This document shows, piece after piece, positions 1 to 15,516 of a stretch of 64,000 bases of DNA. The translations under genes were made by a program, and so were the position numbers. How positions within the stretch are numbered: position 1 is the first letter of the stretch; each line of letters opens with the position of its first letter. This DNA is from the human T2T-CHM13v2.0 reference genome, Homo sapiens. Where the stretch lies: the NCBI RefSeq assembly GCF_009914755.1, contig NC_060933.1, one strand, 5' to 3'. The notes beneath the pieces are model-generated. The model made no database searches. It saw only the letters and a list, made by a program, of their open reading frames with translations, and was not told the DNA's origin.

Positions 1-388
1 TACAAAGAAAACATGGCTGAAACAAAGAAAAATAAGAGGAAACTATGGTCTTTTAATGCACCGGGCTCTCTTTTTATTCTTGACACTGGTACATGTTGTT
101 TATTTTGTCTGAAATAGTCTTCTCACATAATATTATCTACTTTGCTTCTAGTGATTCTTAAATTCTCATCTCAGATGCCGTTTATTCTGAAAAGCTTTCT
201 TTTATTCTCCATGTTAAGTTTTTTCTTATTCTATGTTCTTTAAGTTTTTGTCTCCCATAAAAGATTATTGCATATTTATCTTTTCACCTGTATGGCCACT
301 CTCTAGACAAAAAGTATATGAAAGAAATCAGACACTACCTGCCTATTTTTTTGGTCATGTACCCACTTTGTGCTCCAGAAATTGTGTA

Positions 389-508
389 ATGGATGGATGG
401 ATGGAAGGATGGCTGGGTGGATAGATGGGTGATGGATGGATAGATGGATGGAGGAATGAATGGGATGCATGGATAGAGGATTCGATGGATTCATAGATGT
501 ATGTATGC
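389..508 (+). repeat. Degenerate (GGAT)n/(GATG)n microsatellite
   Basis: Visible ggatggatggatggaaggatgg... array; it explains the ORFs 233..424 and 303..494. Confidence 0.9.
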
Positions 509-1847
509 TTAGGTAGGTAAATGAATTGGTACCTATATACCTTCTTTATCCTATTTTACCCTCTCAGAAGTCATTATCTTATGAAAGCATCAGGCTTTCT
601 CCAGAAAATGTCTCACATGCATGTTTGATCAGTATTTCTTTCTGTTATATAAAGCTTTGTCTTCTATTCCCATTGTAAATAGACATGCTTAGGAAAATAA
701 TACTTTGGAAATGTTGACATATCCCATAAAAATAATCTGAGTAGGCAAATCCCAGTTATCTTTATTGAAACTTGTTTATATGCAGTAGATGCCAAAAACC
801 CATATTTCTTTCAGAATACAAAAGATAACATGTGAAAAGCACTTGACAACTAGCATTTGTTGGCTTTCTTTTGTTAATAAAAAAAGTGGATTTCAATTTA
901 CATACGGCAATGGACTCACAATATTAACAATGAGAATAGGAATAATAATTATTCAATGTGAGATAAACTGGGCGAAATGTTTTACATACATTTTAACCCT
1001 AACTGACTTCTGTCTGAGAGATACTGATTTATTCTAATTGCAGATCTAATATATTTAGTTTTGTTCACTCCTTCTTCAGAGAACAGAAGTGATAATTCTT
1101 CATAGATATGCCCCATTGTATAATCATGTATAATTCTGTGATATATAATTCCAAGGCTTCTAAGAGCATGTTTTTAAACCTAAATTCAAGTATAAGACTA
1201 ATGAAGTATAAGACTTGAATTTTAAGGCTCCTTTTAACATTTTTCTCAATTTTTTTCTTATAAGGTCTGTTTTGTCTTAAAATTTCTAATGATGTGCACC
1301 ACAAGTTTCTAACAGTGAGTCCAAAGTTATTATAAATTTGTGAAGAAAACATGTCTATGAAAGAATATATTCATTTAAAATACATCTCAAGAGAGGGAGA
1401 AGCAAGAATTCTGCAAAAAATGGAATTTAATGAAGTCTCTAAAGAGATTATGATAATTCTTACAAAGTCTAAGAAATATGTTAGTACATGTGAAGTAAGA
1501 TAAATGCTAATACAAATAAGCATATTTTCAATTAGAGGAGCATGCAGCTGCAGAAATTCAATAAGATGATATCAAATTTTTTAGTCTGCTTGTGACGAAC
1601 TTTGTGTGTGCATGTGTATGATTTCCGTAAAAAGTAAGAACAAGAGTGTGCATCCTAGTGATAAAGAGAGAAGAAACTATGTAACTTCTCTAATGATCAC
1701 TTCGTTGCTTTTGTCTAGTTTTAAAATATTTGTATCATTTATCTCAACTTTTTATGTGTCACAATATTTCTTCTTGAGAAGACATAAATCTGATTAAGAT
1801 GATAAAAATTTTATATTTCTCAATTAAGTTATATAGAAGTCAACATA

Positions 1848-2153
<306 letters not shown>

Positions 2154-3039
2154 TCAACATAAAAAATAAAATCTTAATAGAAAAAAAGTATGTAGCTTAG
2201 ATCTCTAGGTGAAAAGAAAAATAAGACGTACTGCTAAATTCTTCAAAAGATGAATATCCTTAGTTTTGCTGGTTATTTTTTAGATAATAGAAATGAAGCC
2301 CATACTCTCCACTTTGGTCTGTTTTTCCTTTTTTGCTCTCCCATCAATGTGTATCCACTGGAGTTGTAATTTTACCTGAACAGACTGGCCAGTTAGTAAA
2401 AGAGCCTACATGTTAGCCTGACACTAGAATTGGCCATCCCGGGTCTTTTGAATGTAAAATGTGAAAATGCATGGTAGCACAGTATAAATAAACAAGAAAA
2501 AAGTGTCTTAAATTATTATAGATAGCCACTCACATGGATAATATGCATGCACGCACACACTCACGCCCCTATGAACATTTTTTCAAGTTTGGTATTCATA
2601 TGCATTCAGGCATCTTTCTTTAAATTACTTGAGAGAGAGAGAGATATGAGATAAACAGAGATAAAAGGAGAGGGGAGTGAATGAATATCTAATAGATGAC
2701 TCTTTAAAAGGAGCTTGTTACTTGGTACTTGGATATTTCTCTCATTTATTACTTACCTATTATTTACATTTATAACCAGATTTTTCCATCTATGTCTTTA
2801 TCTATAGAGAATGAAGGTTTTCAGGAATTAAAGAAATGACTGGAAATCTCAAATTGTCAGAGGAAAATAAAGAAATATAGTTAACTCATTAATATAAAGT
2901 GTGTGGTTTTAGGGTGCTGCTCCATATGCCGCTGGGTTTGCCACATAATATGCATTATATTAATCTTATTGTCTTTCCGAGTTTAGAAATACATATGGCC
3001 CTAAAGGTTTTGGATAGGATTTTTGACCTCTGTTTGCAA

Positions 3040-3600
3040 ATCAGTCTCCATATTGACTGTACTAAAGTACACTTCAAACCAGCAGAGGAGTTTTTACATA
3101 GATACTGTCAGACCTTTTAATACTGCCAAGCAGATCCATGTGAAATGGCTTTCCACTGTTGTGTTACAGTAATCTTCCTTAATACTGAGGTAGCTGACAC
3201 TTACTTATATATCTGTAGGCATTTAGTATTTATTCTACTTATAAATCAAATGCCTTTTCATAAAGTTTGCTCACTTTCCTTTGTTTTCCTTTTCTACTTA
3301 ATATACAATATAGAAATTTTGTTTGTATTCGGAATATCACTCTTGTTATTCCATGTGCTAATTTTTTTTACTTTTGTCTATATTTTTATTTGATGTCAGG
3401 ATTTATCAAACTTTTTTGATCCCTGTACCTTTCACTAGATCTTTAATCTACCTGAAATGGATTTATTATTCATTTACTATTTACTAAACTTATATTTACT
3501 AAGCACTTCTCTGTTAATTTATTTTATATTAGAAGTAGTATGAATCTGATTTTTTATTTAAAAACTCAGATTTATTTTGTAATTAACCAAGTAGCTCTTC
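3040..3600 (-). mobile_element. Highly decayed old L1 (L1M/L1ME-type) remnant
   Basis: T-rich sequence with patches resembling antisense L1 ORF2 3' region; boundaries vague. Confidence 0.35.
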
Positions 3601-3642
3601 AACCATGTCTTGTCTGTATTTTGTCATATTCTAGAATTCTAA

Positions 3643-3993
<351 letters not shown>

Positions 3994-4867
3994 TAATTTC
4001 TGAATATCTAATGTACTAATGTCTCATGTACAACTGTTCTCATTTCATTTATCTGTTATAATATCTAACATTTAATATTCTATTTTTATGGAACATATTT
4101 CTTCATAAATATTTGAAGTAAATTAATATTATAATTGATGTTTTTGCCTTTCCTAATATTCTATTTGTCTGCAAGTTTTAGAATTTTGACTAAGGATTGC
4201 TTATGTTCTTTGATAATGTGTTGTTTTGTTTTCCCCTTTCCCTTTGTGGTCTTCATTCCGTGTTGGTTGTTTTGCCTTTGCTTCCATCCAGCCCCTGGCA
4301 CTCCCATCAACCTAAAGTTCTTAGATTGTATTCTAGGCTTCTATGGTGATAACAAGGATCTTATAGATCCATCCAACAGATGAAATGGTCAAGCTCCTGA
4401 TGATGAGGTAAGGTATTTTGTTAGGCCTGCAGCCTCATATACACAGTAGATTTGGTGGTGGTCGACAGAGGGATTTTTTGGGGGGTTTTCAACATATTTT
4501 CAAAATCAAATAATCTCAATTTAGACATACATGCATGCAATGAGCCTTGCTACTCACTTATTTTGAAACCACATTTAGTACTGCGGTATCATATTTGTTG
4601 CTACCAACATGTGCAGCACCAGAAAGCATAATGCTTCAACCCCACCCTTCAACTTTTCCCTTTTATCTTGTTTTTGGACCTAAATTTGTTTTCGTTTTTT
4701 TCTTTTATACATATTATAGAATAACATCCTAATCGGTCAGTATTTTGCAGTACTAAACTGGCCTATGGAATTTTCCACAATGTTTTTCAGCTCCTGGCCC
4801 ATATACATTTTTAAATACAGGGCCTGACAAGAGTAATGTAAAGTTGATTATTTGTTAAAAGTATACA

Positions 4868-5157
4868 GACCGGGGGTGGTGGGTCATGCCTGTAATCCCA
4901 GCACTTTGGGAGGCCGAGGTGGGCAGATTGCTTGAGGTCAGGAGTTTGAGACCAGCCTAGCCAACACGGCAAAACCCTATCTCTCCAAAAAATACAAAAA
5001 ACTAGCCGGGCATGGTGGTGCACATCTGTAATCCCAGCTACTCGGGAGGCTGAGGCACAAGAATCACTTAAGACCAGGAGGTGGAGGTTGCTGTGAGCTG
5101 AGGTTGTACCACTGCACTCCAGCCTGGGCAACAGAGCGAGGCTCTGTCTCAAAAAAA
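4868..5157 (+). mobile_element. Alu (old S or J type)
   Basis: Dimeric Alu with A tail; TSD AAAAGTATA(C/T)A at 4857-4867 and 5159-5169. Confidence 0.92.
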
Positions 5158-6537
5158 AAAAAGTATATAGATGATGTTTAAAATTTCCATTCAAATATGA
5201 GTTTCTAAAGACCAGAAAAAAAATGCAATCATCTGTTGTTCCAGAAATGAACTAACACCCCTTTCCATATGAACTGTGCCACAGCAGTTGTTTTACTTCA
5301 AATCAAATCAGATTATATAGGCTTAATAGAACATAACACATAAGGATACCTGTGGAATTGTTTATTTATAAGTCACATCACTAGTGTCTTACTGCATGCA
5401 TTTTAATATTAAACTTATGTTCAAGTTTACATCATGTGGTTTCTTTAGTAGCAGTGACATATAAGAATACAAAATGTGTTTTAACTTACAGGTAGGTTAA
5501 ATAACTATAAATGTACTGACAGGAACAGAGATGTTAATACGGACATGGAAAAGCACAATTGGAAATATGTAACAATCTAAAATTATTTATTACAGATAAT
5601 CAAGTGAAATAGAAACTATATTAAACTTAATATCACTCTGTATGTATGGAGTTGTATCTACAATTACAGATAATAATTATATAGTTTTAAACCATGCAGA
5701 TTACTCAGCCATAAATTATTATTAACAAAATATATGCAAGAATCCAAGTGTTACGATATTAAAAGGCAGAAATAAGGATGACTCAACTTGATTGTTTCTG
5801 TTTATTTGGTATTTAATATATATGATGGAGTTCATGATTGATAAAATGATTGGCAAAGAGTTATCTAAGAGATGAATTACATCTCAATTTTCTGTTCCTA
5901 CCACACCTGGTCATTTTGCCTTAGACCTGGTAGTATTTGTCTTTGTTCCATTTTTTAAATATATTTTCTATATTAAATAATGAACCTGGCCTTTTAATTG
6001 CTAAAATTTGTTTTAGCCAGAAAGACATGGGACCCCTTGCTTTACCAGAACTTTGCCATCTCTATTTTTATAGAGGTAATGACCTATTTGCTCAGCACAA
6101 TGTAATTTCTGACCTAATCAAACACTGTGACTAGGCATAAAATAAACCAATTAGCAAACAAAATGGAGTTAAATTTTCTATTGAAAAAAATTAGGATATT
6201 TACTTTTAAATCATAATTTTAATAATTTGTCATTATCAAAATTTGACTTTTGCAAATTTTTAAAAATAAACACTATTACTTTTAACATTTTGATAAAACT
6301 GACTGATTATTTAACTGAATTGATAATCCACTTTTAGCCAAATTGTTGAAAGGTTATTAAATTTTGATACAGTCATCCTGTGTGTTCTATCATAATTGTA
6401 GCTTTGTCAATGTGAGAACATTGGATTTACAAAATACTTCAGTAATTTTACCCTGTTACCCATAATGCAAACTCAATGTGAGTTAATGACAATAACAGAT
6501 AGCAGGTAAAGGTGAACTGCAAAGTACAAAAGATTTA

Positions 6538-6975
6538 CAGTTGTCCCTTGAATAACTTGGGTGTGAACTGCATGGGTCCACTTATACGTGAATTTTCTTC
6601 TGCCTCTGCCATGCTTGAGACACTAAGACCAACTCTTCCACTTCTTCCTCCTCTTTGGCCTATTCAATATGACAATAATGAGGGTAAACACCTTTATGAT
6701 AATCCACTTTCATTTAATGAATAGTAAATATATTTTCTCTTCTTTATGATTTTCTTAGTGACTTCTTTTTTCTCTAACTAACTTTATTGTCAGAATATAG
6801 TATATGATATATATAGCATACAAAATATGTGTTAACTGACTGTTTATGTTGCAAGGCTTGCAGTCAACAGTAGACTATTAATAGTTGGATTTTTGGAGAA
6901 TTACAAGTTATACATGGATTTATGACTGTATGAGGATTGGCACCCCTAGCGCGCAATTTTTTCAAGTGTCAATGG
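6538..6975 (+). mobile_element. Tigger2a/MER28 non-autonomous DNA transposon
   Basis: TIR CAGTTGTCCCTTGAATAAC...TTTTCAAGTGTCAATGG, TA flanks, ~438 bp, internal GGGTCCACTTATACG. Confidence 0.8.
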
Positions 6976-7165
6976 TACTTTGAGTTTGCTGAGAGTTATT
7001 AGTTATTAGAATCAGAATGATAAAGTAAGAAAATCTTTTTGTCCAGTTCTTTTTATTTTATTTAGTCTCTCAATCTCCCTGTTGTTAACATAGTCTGACT
7101 AAAAGGAAATGTAAAAAGAAAAAGAAAACCCTATTACATTTATTCATTCTATGTGAAAAGTATCA

Positions 7166-7524
7166 CAATCCTGCCTTACCAAATAATGGAAATATGTTCT
7201 GAGATATATGTCATTAGAGGATTTTGTTGTGTGCAAACACAAACCTAAATGGTATAGGCTACTGCACACCTAGGCTATATCGTATAATCGATTGCTTCTA
7301 GGCTACAAACCTATACAGCATGTTACTGTACTGAATACTGTAGACAATTGTATCACAATGGTAATATATGTGTATCTAAACATAGAAAAGGTACAGTAAA
7401 AATACACCATAAAATATTATAAATGGCACACCTAGTATTGGGCAGCTCCATTATAATCTCATAGCCTCAGTGTTGTATGTGTGGTTCCTTTTTGACCAAA
7501 ACATCCTTATGAGGGATGTGACCG
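7166..7524 (-). mobile_element. Tigger3a/MER7-type DNA transposon
   Basis: Internal CTAGGCTACAAACCTATACAGCATGTTACTGTACTGAATACTGTAG and AAACATAGAAAAGGTACAGTAAAAATAC; decayed TIRs. Confidence 0.8.
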
Positions 7525-7829
7525 TATTGTATTTCCTTGTTTATATCCATCTTTTGATAATAATAAAGAAGGAAAGTATACTTATCAATGTTCAGCTTGC
7601 TTCCACTTGTCACCTTTCTTGATATTTTAATAATTATATATTTTTAAGTTTATTGAATAGGCTTTTCTAGAATGTATTAACTGAGACAGAAAATTATCTG
7701 TACTCACTTTTTAATAAATCTCATTAAGGTTACTAATGATCATTTAGTAACTATATCCTGAAAGTGTTTTCTGAAATTCTGTCCTATATCTGTGGCATTC
7801 TACTTTGATGACTCTTATGTTCTATTTAC

Positions 7830-8200
7830 ACCTCACAGTTCACGTAATATCCTTCCATCCTGCTATGTACTAGAAGAGGATAAACGATATGGACTCTTTT
7901 CTTGCCTTCTACCTTCCAATTAGGTTTAGTCAGTAGGGTGTGTGGGCAGAAGACTTGTGGGAGGGAGGAGAATGAGTCAGTCACAGAGACTCTGTCAGGT
8001 GGCCCCTCTCCAGTTTGCCCCTTAAGTCACAGGGTGTGTGCCTTAATGGTGACCCACACATCCTATTGGAGGGTACTACTGCACTATGCCTTCTATTTTT
8101 TTGCATATTGCCCACACCTTTGTGAACTACTGTTTTGCTAAATTACCTACAAATTATCAAATATTGTGTGCCTCTTGTTGCCTTCAGAATTGTGACTGAC
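7830..8200. mobile_element. Old ERVL-class LTR (LTR33-like) inside an L2
   Basis: GC-richer patch (CTTCCAATTAGGTTTAGTCAGTAGGG...GGGAGGGAGGAGA) resembling the LTR33 consensus as recalled. Confidence 0.35.
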
Positions 8201-9085
8201 CATCCCTTACTTCTTGAGACTCCATTTTCTACTTTCTGCTTTAGTAGAATCCATTCCTACTTTGCTTTTGAGAAGTCTTCATGAAAGCAGTTCTTTTTCT
8301 GTATCCTATGCCTAGTGTTTTCTGGGTGTACCTTTTTAGATTTCTTCCCATTACTCTCCATTTGTTTACTACTATATGCAAATATACTACTTGCATGTAC
8401 CTTTAGCTTGGATGCCATGCTTGAACTTCTGGCCCAAGGTGCTTATTAAATGATAACCCGTAAGTGTTCCCAAACTGACCACATCATCTTCTTTCTCATG
8501 TATTTATTTCCATGTTCATTAAATGATACTTCATCTGGCCAGTTGCTCGATATTAAAGCTGAGCTATCATTGGCTACTACCTCTGACTAATCCCCTACCT
8601 CCAGTCACTAAATTATGTCATTCTTATATCTTAAGATCTCTTTAATCCAATCCCTTCATTGTACTTCCATTATCATTAACTTAGTTCCTGCACAAATAAT
8701 CTTTAAACAGAATTACTTCAGTAGCTTTCTTACTTTTATGATGTCCCATGTCTCAGGGCTTCACTCAGGCTGTTACCTCAACTCTTTAGTGGAAACAGTG
8801 ATCTTCACTTGACAAACTTCTATATATGTGTTTAGTCTCAATGAAGCCACCACCATCCTCCTAAGACAGCTGCTCTTTGTCTTTCCGTTCTTGGTAACAT
8901 GCTTAAATGTGCTTCTCTAGCATACTATTCATGTGTCTACTAAAAGATTTTTCACAGATGTTGATAAATGGCTCTTCATTTGCCTTTGAGACCATAGATA
9001 TTGTCATATGTATATTTAACTACTAATATAGTACCTGCAACAATGTAAGCATCCATCCCATTTCATACAATATAAATAAGTTAAG
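8200..9085 (+). mobile_element. L2 fragment
   Basis: Pyrimidine-rich L2 3' motifs (CCAAACTGACCACATC..., CCCCTACCTCCAGTCAC..., ATAGTACCTGCAACA). Confidence 0.5.
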
Positions 9086-11345
9086 GAAAAGAATGTGAGC
9101 CCTGCCCTTGAAAAACTTATTTTAGTAAATGTGCAGATACATTGTAATTGCTGAAGTTTTAAAAGCTACATTGAAGTTAACAGATTCCTACTGCAGGTGC
9201 AATGATGCCCCAGGATGCAGTGTTCCATACCATTTGGACTTGTTTTTAAACATGAAATTCAAAATAGAATGAGAGAACTTAAAATCATCTTGAGGTTATG
9301 TAAGTGAAAAATTTGATGATTAATAAAATGTTTACTTTAAAAATTTTTCTTTTTTTAATGAATACCCTACTCTAAAGAGTTGTATAATGAGAGAAGTTGC
9401 AGGAACAAGAGTTTTAGATTGAAATAAAATTGTTCTTAATTTGATTTCTCTTCAAAGTTCCTCTTAATGGGGAAAGTCTGTATCCTTTGGAAAGATAGTC
9501 TAAATAAACTAGGGCTAGGATCAATTCTGCTTTCAGCCTGCAGTAAAACTGTCATAGACATTTACCAAATAAAATAAAATAATGATCAGCAGTGACTAGC
9601 AGGATCAGCAGCTCAGTCAGACTAATAATATTGAAGAGTCTTGCCAGCCTAAAGAAGCAGGCAACTTAATGATAATAATTAAAAGTTGCACTTGTTATTG
9701 TGTGTTGATTTTGTGTTTTCTCCTGAAGCTATAAATTGCAGAATTCAGACTTTTACGAATTTGTACATGAAACAAGGAACATAAGCTTAAATACTTCTCC
9801 TTGGAGATGAATCAATAATTACAGTTCTTTCTTTTAAGCTGATATTTTATACTCTCACAAAAAGGAGAGGCTGTATCAATACTTTAACTTTGGTGTAGTA
9901 TTCATCCTTATTTAGGTACTTGTTTGTAAGTGTCCTCTGATGATAGTAAAAATATCTGTGATGTTTTTCAAATAGAGCTCCATAGTAAAAAATAACAGGC
10001 CATTAACAGTAACTTAATGAGGGTATTTCTGCTTCCTAAGCTTAGAATTTAATGGTCATTTAATTGTACATGCCTCATCTATCTAAAATAAGAAATACCA
10101 CTAAATTTATGACGGGAAATACATCTTTCCCAATAGCCTTTAATCTAATTGCAGTCACAATTAAGAATTTGGATTTAAGTCTCCACATTTTTAATCTAAT
10201 GTAATCATTAAATACAAATAATAGAATACCATACAATTTTAGAAATTCGATTTTAATTACTACATGATATCATAAAGTAAGCACATGCTTAATGTAACCC
10301 AGGGAAATATTTAGATGGTTTATCTCACTAATGATGTGTGTGTGTGTGTAATACCCAGTTTTAGATAAACGATGAAATTCGATAATTACATAATTTACTG
10401 GTCATTAGTTATTTTCATAATTTACTAAGCTGAATAATTTAGATCTTTTTAAGGTGAAATAACCTAGGTAGGCATAGTGACTCATATGACAAAGTCAAGG
10501 CGGAACCTTGAGGGTCACACAATCTTCACGTTTCCAACGAGAATACTCAGTTCTTCTCTTTCAACCAAACTATTTTTTCAGTTTCTGTAAATTAGCTCTG
10601 GAATTTTTAGGTACTCGGGTAGACCAAGCCTCACTTTATGTGTCTCAACAGCAAATCCTTCCACATTTTAATTCTATTCAAAGGAATGATTTGATTTCAA
10701 ATAATTCAATCTGTTTACCGTTTAAAATTCCATGACAGAAATAAACTTGCAAACTAATCTTTGGTCTTACTCTTTATTCCCAAATGTCTACTTTAGTTAT
10801 CTGACTAATATCCTAGACCCTTTCTGTAAAAATTGGATAGCTCTACTTTCATTATCTTCCATCCTGAAGAATGAGACTGATTCCACATCCCAATGCCTCA
10901 GAGTATGATGTATTGTACTGACACATCTACTGGATGCTTATCTGGATTTTAAGATGCTCTTCTTCCTACCACATTTTCGGATGCTCTTAATTTGGATTTT
11001 AAATCATATCTGGAGTTAAGATTTAACATGTTCAAAACTAATCCATTGCACTTTTGCCACCTTCAGAGCAAGGCCATTTCAGAAATGATACCTGCATACT
11101 AAAGCACAGACGCAACCAAATGCATGAGTCAGTGAATCCTGGTCTAATGCAGAGGTGGCAAGTAAAGGCTGGGTGCCACTGGTTCATGATATAATACAGA
11201 GAAAGCTGCAAGACTTGGACTTCAGTTCCCTAATAGTGACAGGTGAGGGACTGCCACTTCCTCAACCATGAATTCTGAAGTTGTAGAACAGGACTGGGTC
11301 CCATGTTTTTTTCCAAAATATCACAAGTTTACATTCTAATCCCTG

Positions 11346-11704
<359 letters not shown>

Positions 11705-12830
11705 CTACAGTGTCATATAATTTTAGCCTTTGGTAACCAAGTCTTGTATCCTATAAGCCTGGTGCTGTCCTAATCATGCGTACTGTAAGCTTTACAGCCT
11801 AAGGATGAGTTTCACTCTTTCAAAATCTGATGTCCAACCTGCAATTATCCTTGATTATTTCCTCAGTGTGTATTGAGGACAAACCAAGCACCTGCCACTG
11901 CTTTTCTCTCTGAAACATTTTCCCAACAAATGTTATTCCTGGCCTTCAGTGTGTGCCTTGTGGTCATTTGTCCTTGTTTGCTCCACAACCTCCTCCAACT
12001 ATGGACATCTCGTCTGTGAGGGTCTGTACTTACCAGGGGATTATACATTGTCTTCTTTTGAATGAACTTGCAGTTGCATATTTATGAGTACATTTTACTT
12101 CGTATTCAGTAATTTCACTAAATTAATATTAATAACTGTTGTCTGTAATCTTTTTGGATTTTCAAAATACACAAAATGTCATATGTAAATATTGAAAGGT
12201 TAATTTTTTCTCTTTCAATCATTATATCCATTCTTTGTTTTGGTTTTAACTTATTTAAGTATCCAGGACTTCCAATAGGATGGGAATAGAAATGGTGATA
12301 GTTTATTTCTCTGTTTCATTTCCAGTCTTAATGTGTAAACATTCCACCATTAAATAACTGTTGTAAGTTTTTCTGTGGATACTGATTATCATGTAAAAGA
12401 AACCCCATTATATTCCTAGTTTGTTAAGGTTTTTAAATGTGTGAGGTTTGTTTTGCTTAATCTGGAATGTGTGTTGAATTTTATGATATAATTAATAGGC
12501 TTTTAAAAATGATTGTGTGATTTTTCTCTTCATTTTCTTTTAATAAGCTACATTACATTGGTACTATAATGCTAAATGAGTCTTGCAACCCTTGGGTAAA
12601 CTCAAACTGGCTTTGATGTATTATTATTTTTATACAAAATAGTATTCAATTTGGTAATTATTTTTTGGACTTTTATATATAAATTAGTGTAAGAGAATAG
12701 GCTTTTGCTTATTGAAATACTTTTTGAAGTATCAAGATATTTCATGCCTATTGAAATCTGTTGGGAAGTATTCCGAATTTTTCTATTTCTTGGTAGAGTT
12801 TATGTAGATTAATAACACTAGTGGGGTCTG

Positions 12831-13272
<442 letters not shown>

Positions 13273-14114
13273 TCATATCACTTAACAGGTGAAATTCCTA
13301 TTAAATGCTGTTTCTAATATCCTTTCATCATCTTTTAATAACATTAATTTCTATAATAATATCCCTTTTTCTATTTCTGATATCGAAAGTTTTTATTTCT
13401 TTCCCTTCCTCTATTGAAAGTTTTTATTTCCTTATCTTCCTCTCACTTTAATTAGGCCTTAATAACTTTATTAATATTTCAAAGTAAACTTTGGCTTTGC
13501 TATTTTCTATTATTGCATATTTATCTGTGTTATAATTTTTGTTCTTACTTTTTAAAATTATTTTCTCCTTTCTATATTTATTTGAGTTTGATTGCTGTGA
13601 TATAGTCAGCTTATAAAGATAGAAAATTCTGTTAGTAATTTTTATTTTTTCGTCTAATCTAACAAATCTATTCAAACCTATACAGTTTCCTTGAAGTAAA
13701 TTCCAATATGTTAAATGTTTTAGTTTTATGCAGCTCAAAATCCTTTCTAATTTCTGTTGTTATATCACATTTGACCCACAGATTATATTTTATAAAGTAA
13801 TATAATTAATTTTTTTCAATTACTAGTTTAATTGCAACTTAGTTGAAAACATGTCCTGATTTTATAAATTATTGGAAATTAGATGAAACTTGCTTTATTA
13901 GGCAGCATAAGATCAGCTTTGGGAAAGTACTATCGATACTTTAAAAATAATATGTATGCTTTCTTTGTTGGTACAATTTTACCTTAGAAAACTGATTTTC
14001 TACTGATTTGTTTTTCTGGCCATTGCAAGTGGTATGTTGAAGTCTTCCACTATTGCTGTGGATTTGCCAAATTCTCTTTTAATTTTTGCCAACTGTTGCC
14101 TTATTCATTGTTAT

Positions 14115-14500
14115 AAATTTGGTTCTCTATGATTCAGACTCTGAGACTAGGTTTAGGTGGAGGAGGTTGATTGAATTACACCCTTGGGACCAAAACCTGT
14201 GAAAAGGAGAGAAACAAAGCAAAGCTAGGCAGAAGAAGAATTTAAGCTGCAGTGTAAATTCAACAACGGCTTTAGCCAACCTCAGGGAAACTCAGGAGTA
14301 ATAATAATCACTTAGAGTAGTCCTGAGTAGGGCCAAAATTGTTCATGTTCATTGACCAGTCATTGGATGTGGATAATCTGAGAAGGGTCATCTGCAAAAG
14401 AAGTAGATGTATGGGCTTGTAGTTGAAGATTCATTTGCAGAAATTGGGGTCAGAAAGTCCACATTTGCAGGAGGATCATAGTGGCATACCCCAGTGTCAT
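14115..14500. mobile_element. Old ERVL/MaLR-class LTR fragment
   Basis: CAGACTCTGAGACTAGGTTTAG...CTTGGGACCAAAACCTGTG...CAGTCATTGGATGTGG motif string typical of LTR16-like elements; interrupts the L1M. Confidence 0.4.
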
Positions 14501-15516
14501 CTTATATGTTTTGACTGATTCCGTATTGATTGGGTGCATACAAATTTAGACGTGTTATATCTTTATAGCAGATTGACCTCTCAAAAATATAAAACGTCAC
14601 TTTTTGCCAAAAGTAATGCATCATCTCTTACAGCCTACTATACCTAATATTAATATAGCTACACCAACATTCTTTATCAAATATGGTTTATCTTGTTCCA
14701 TCATTTTACTTCCAAATATTTTGTTTCCTTGTATTTAATGTCATCTTTTGGAAGCAACATTTTAAACCTCCAGTTTGCAATATTAATTTTTTATTGTAAT
14801 TTCTAATTCACATTGTTGTAATGTGATTGGTGATACATTTGGTTTCATATCTACTTCTCACTATTTTCTGTCCATATGACATATCTATTTTATGTTCCTT
14901 TTGTTTCTCCTTGTTGGCCTCCTTTTAGATTGATCAAATACTTCATTTTAATTTATCATTTTACTTTAATATTAGATGTAAAAGTCTTTAAAATAAAATA
15001 ATTTTATATATTTTTATTTGATAAATCATATAAAGATACATTCTTTACTTAGTACATTATAATATAAATATTAATTTTCTTTTTTCTAACAGTAATTCTT
15101 AAGGCACTATATATAGCTATTACCTCCCCCAGGTTTTAGCACCATTTTACATATATTTAACATGTTTTAAATCAACATATAATTTAACTTCCAAAATGCA
15201 TTGCAATTATTTTTGTAAGTAAATATTTACATACATTTAGTGCCATATTCAATTTTCATTATTCCTCTTTCTTTCTGCATTACCATGATTCTACCTGGAA
15301 TCCTTTTTATTGGAGAGGGCAGGGGTAAAGCACTCAATTTAATCTGTCTTAATTTGAGGCTATAAGCAATTTATTCCACAATGGTTTATCTGGAAATAGA
15401 TTTATTTTGTCTTCTGATGTGAAGAATACTTAGTGTATTTAATTCTAGGCGAGAAGAACATGAGGTACAGCATTCCATTGTTTGTGTTTTCAATTTTGTC
15501 TTTGAAAATTCAGACG

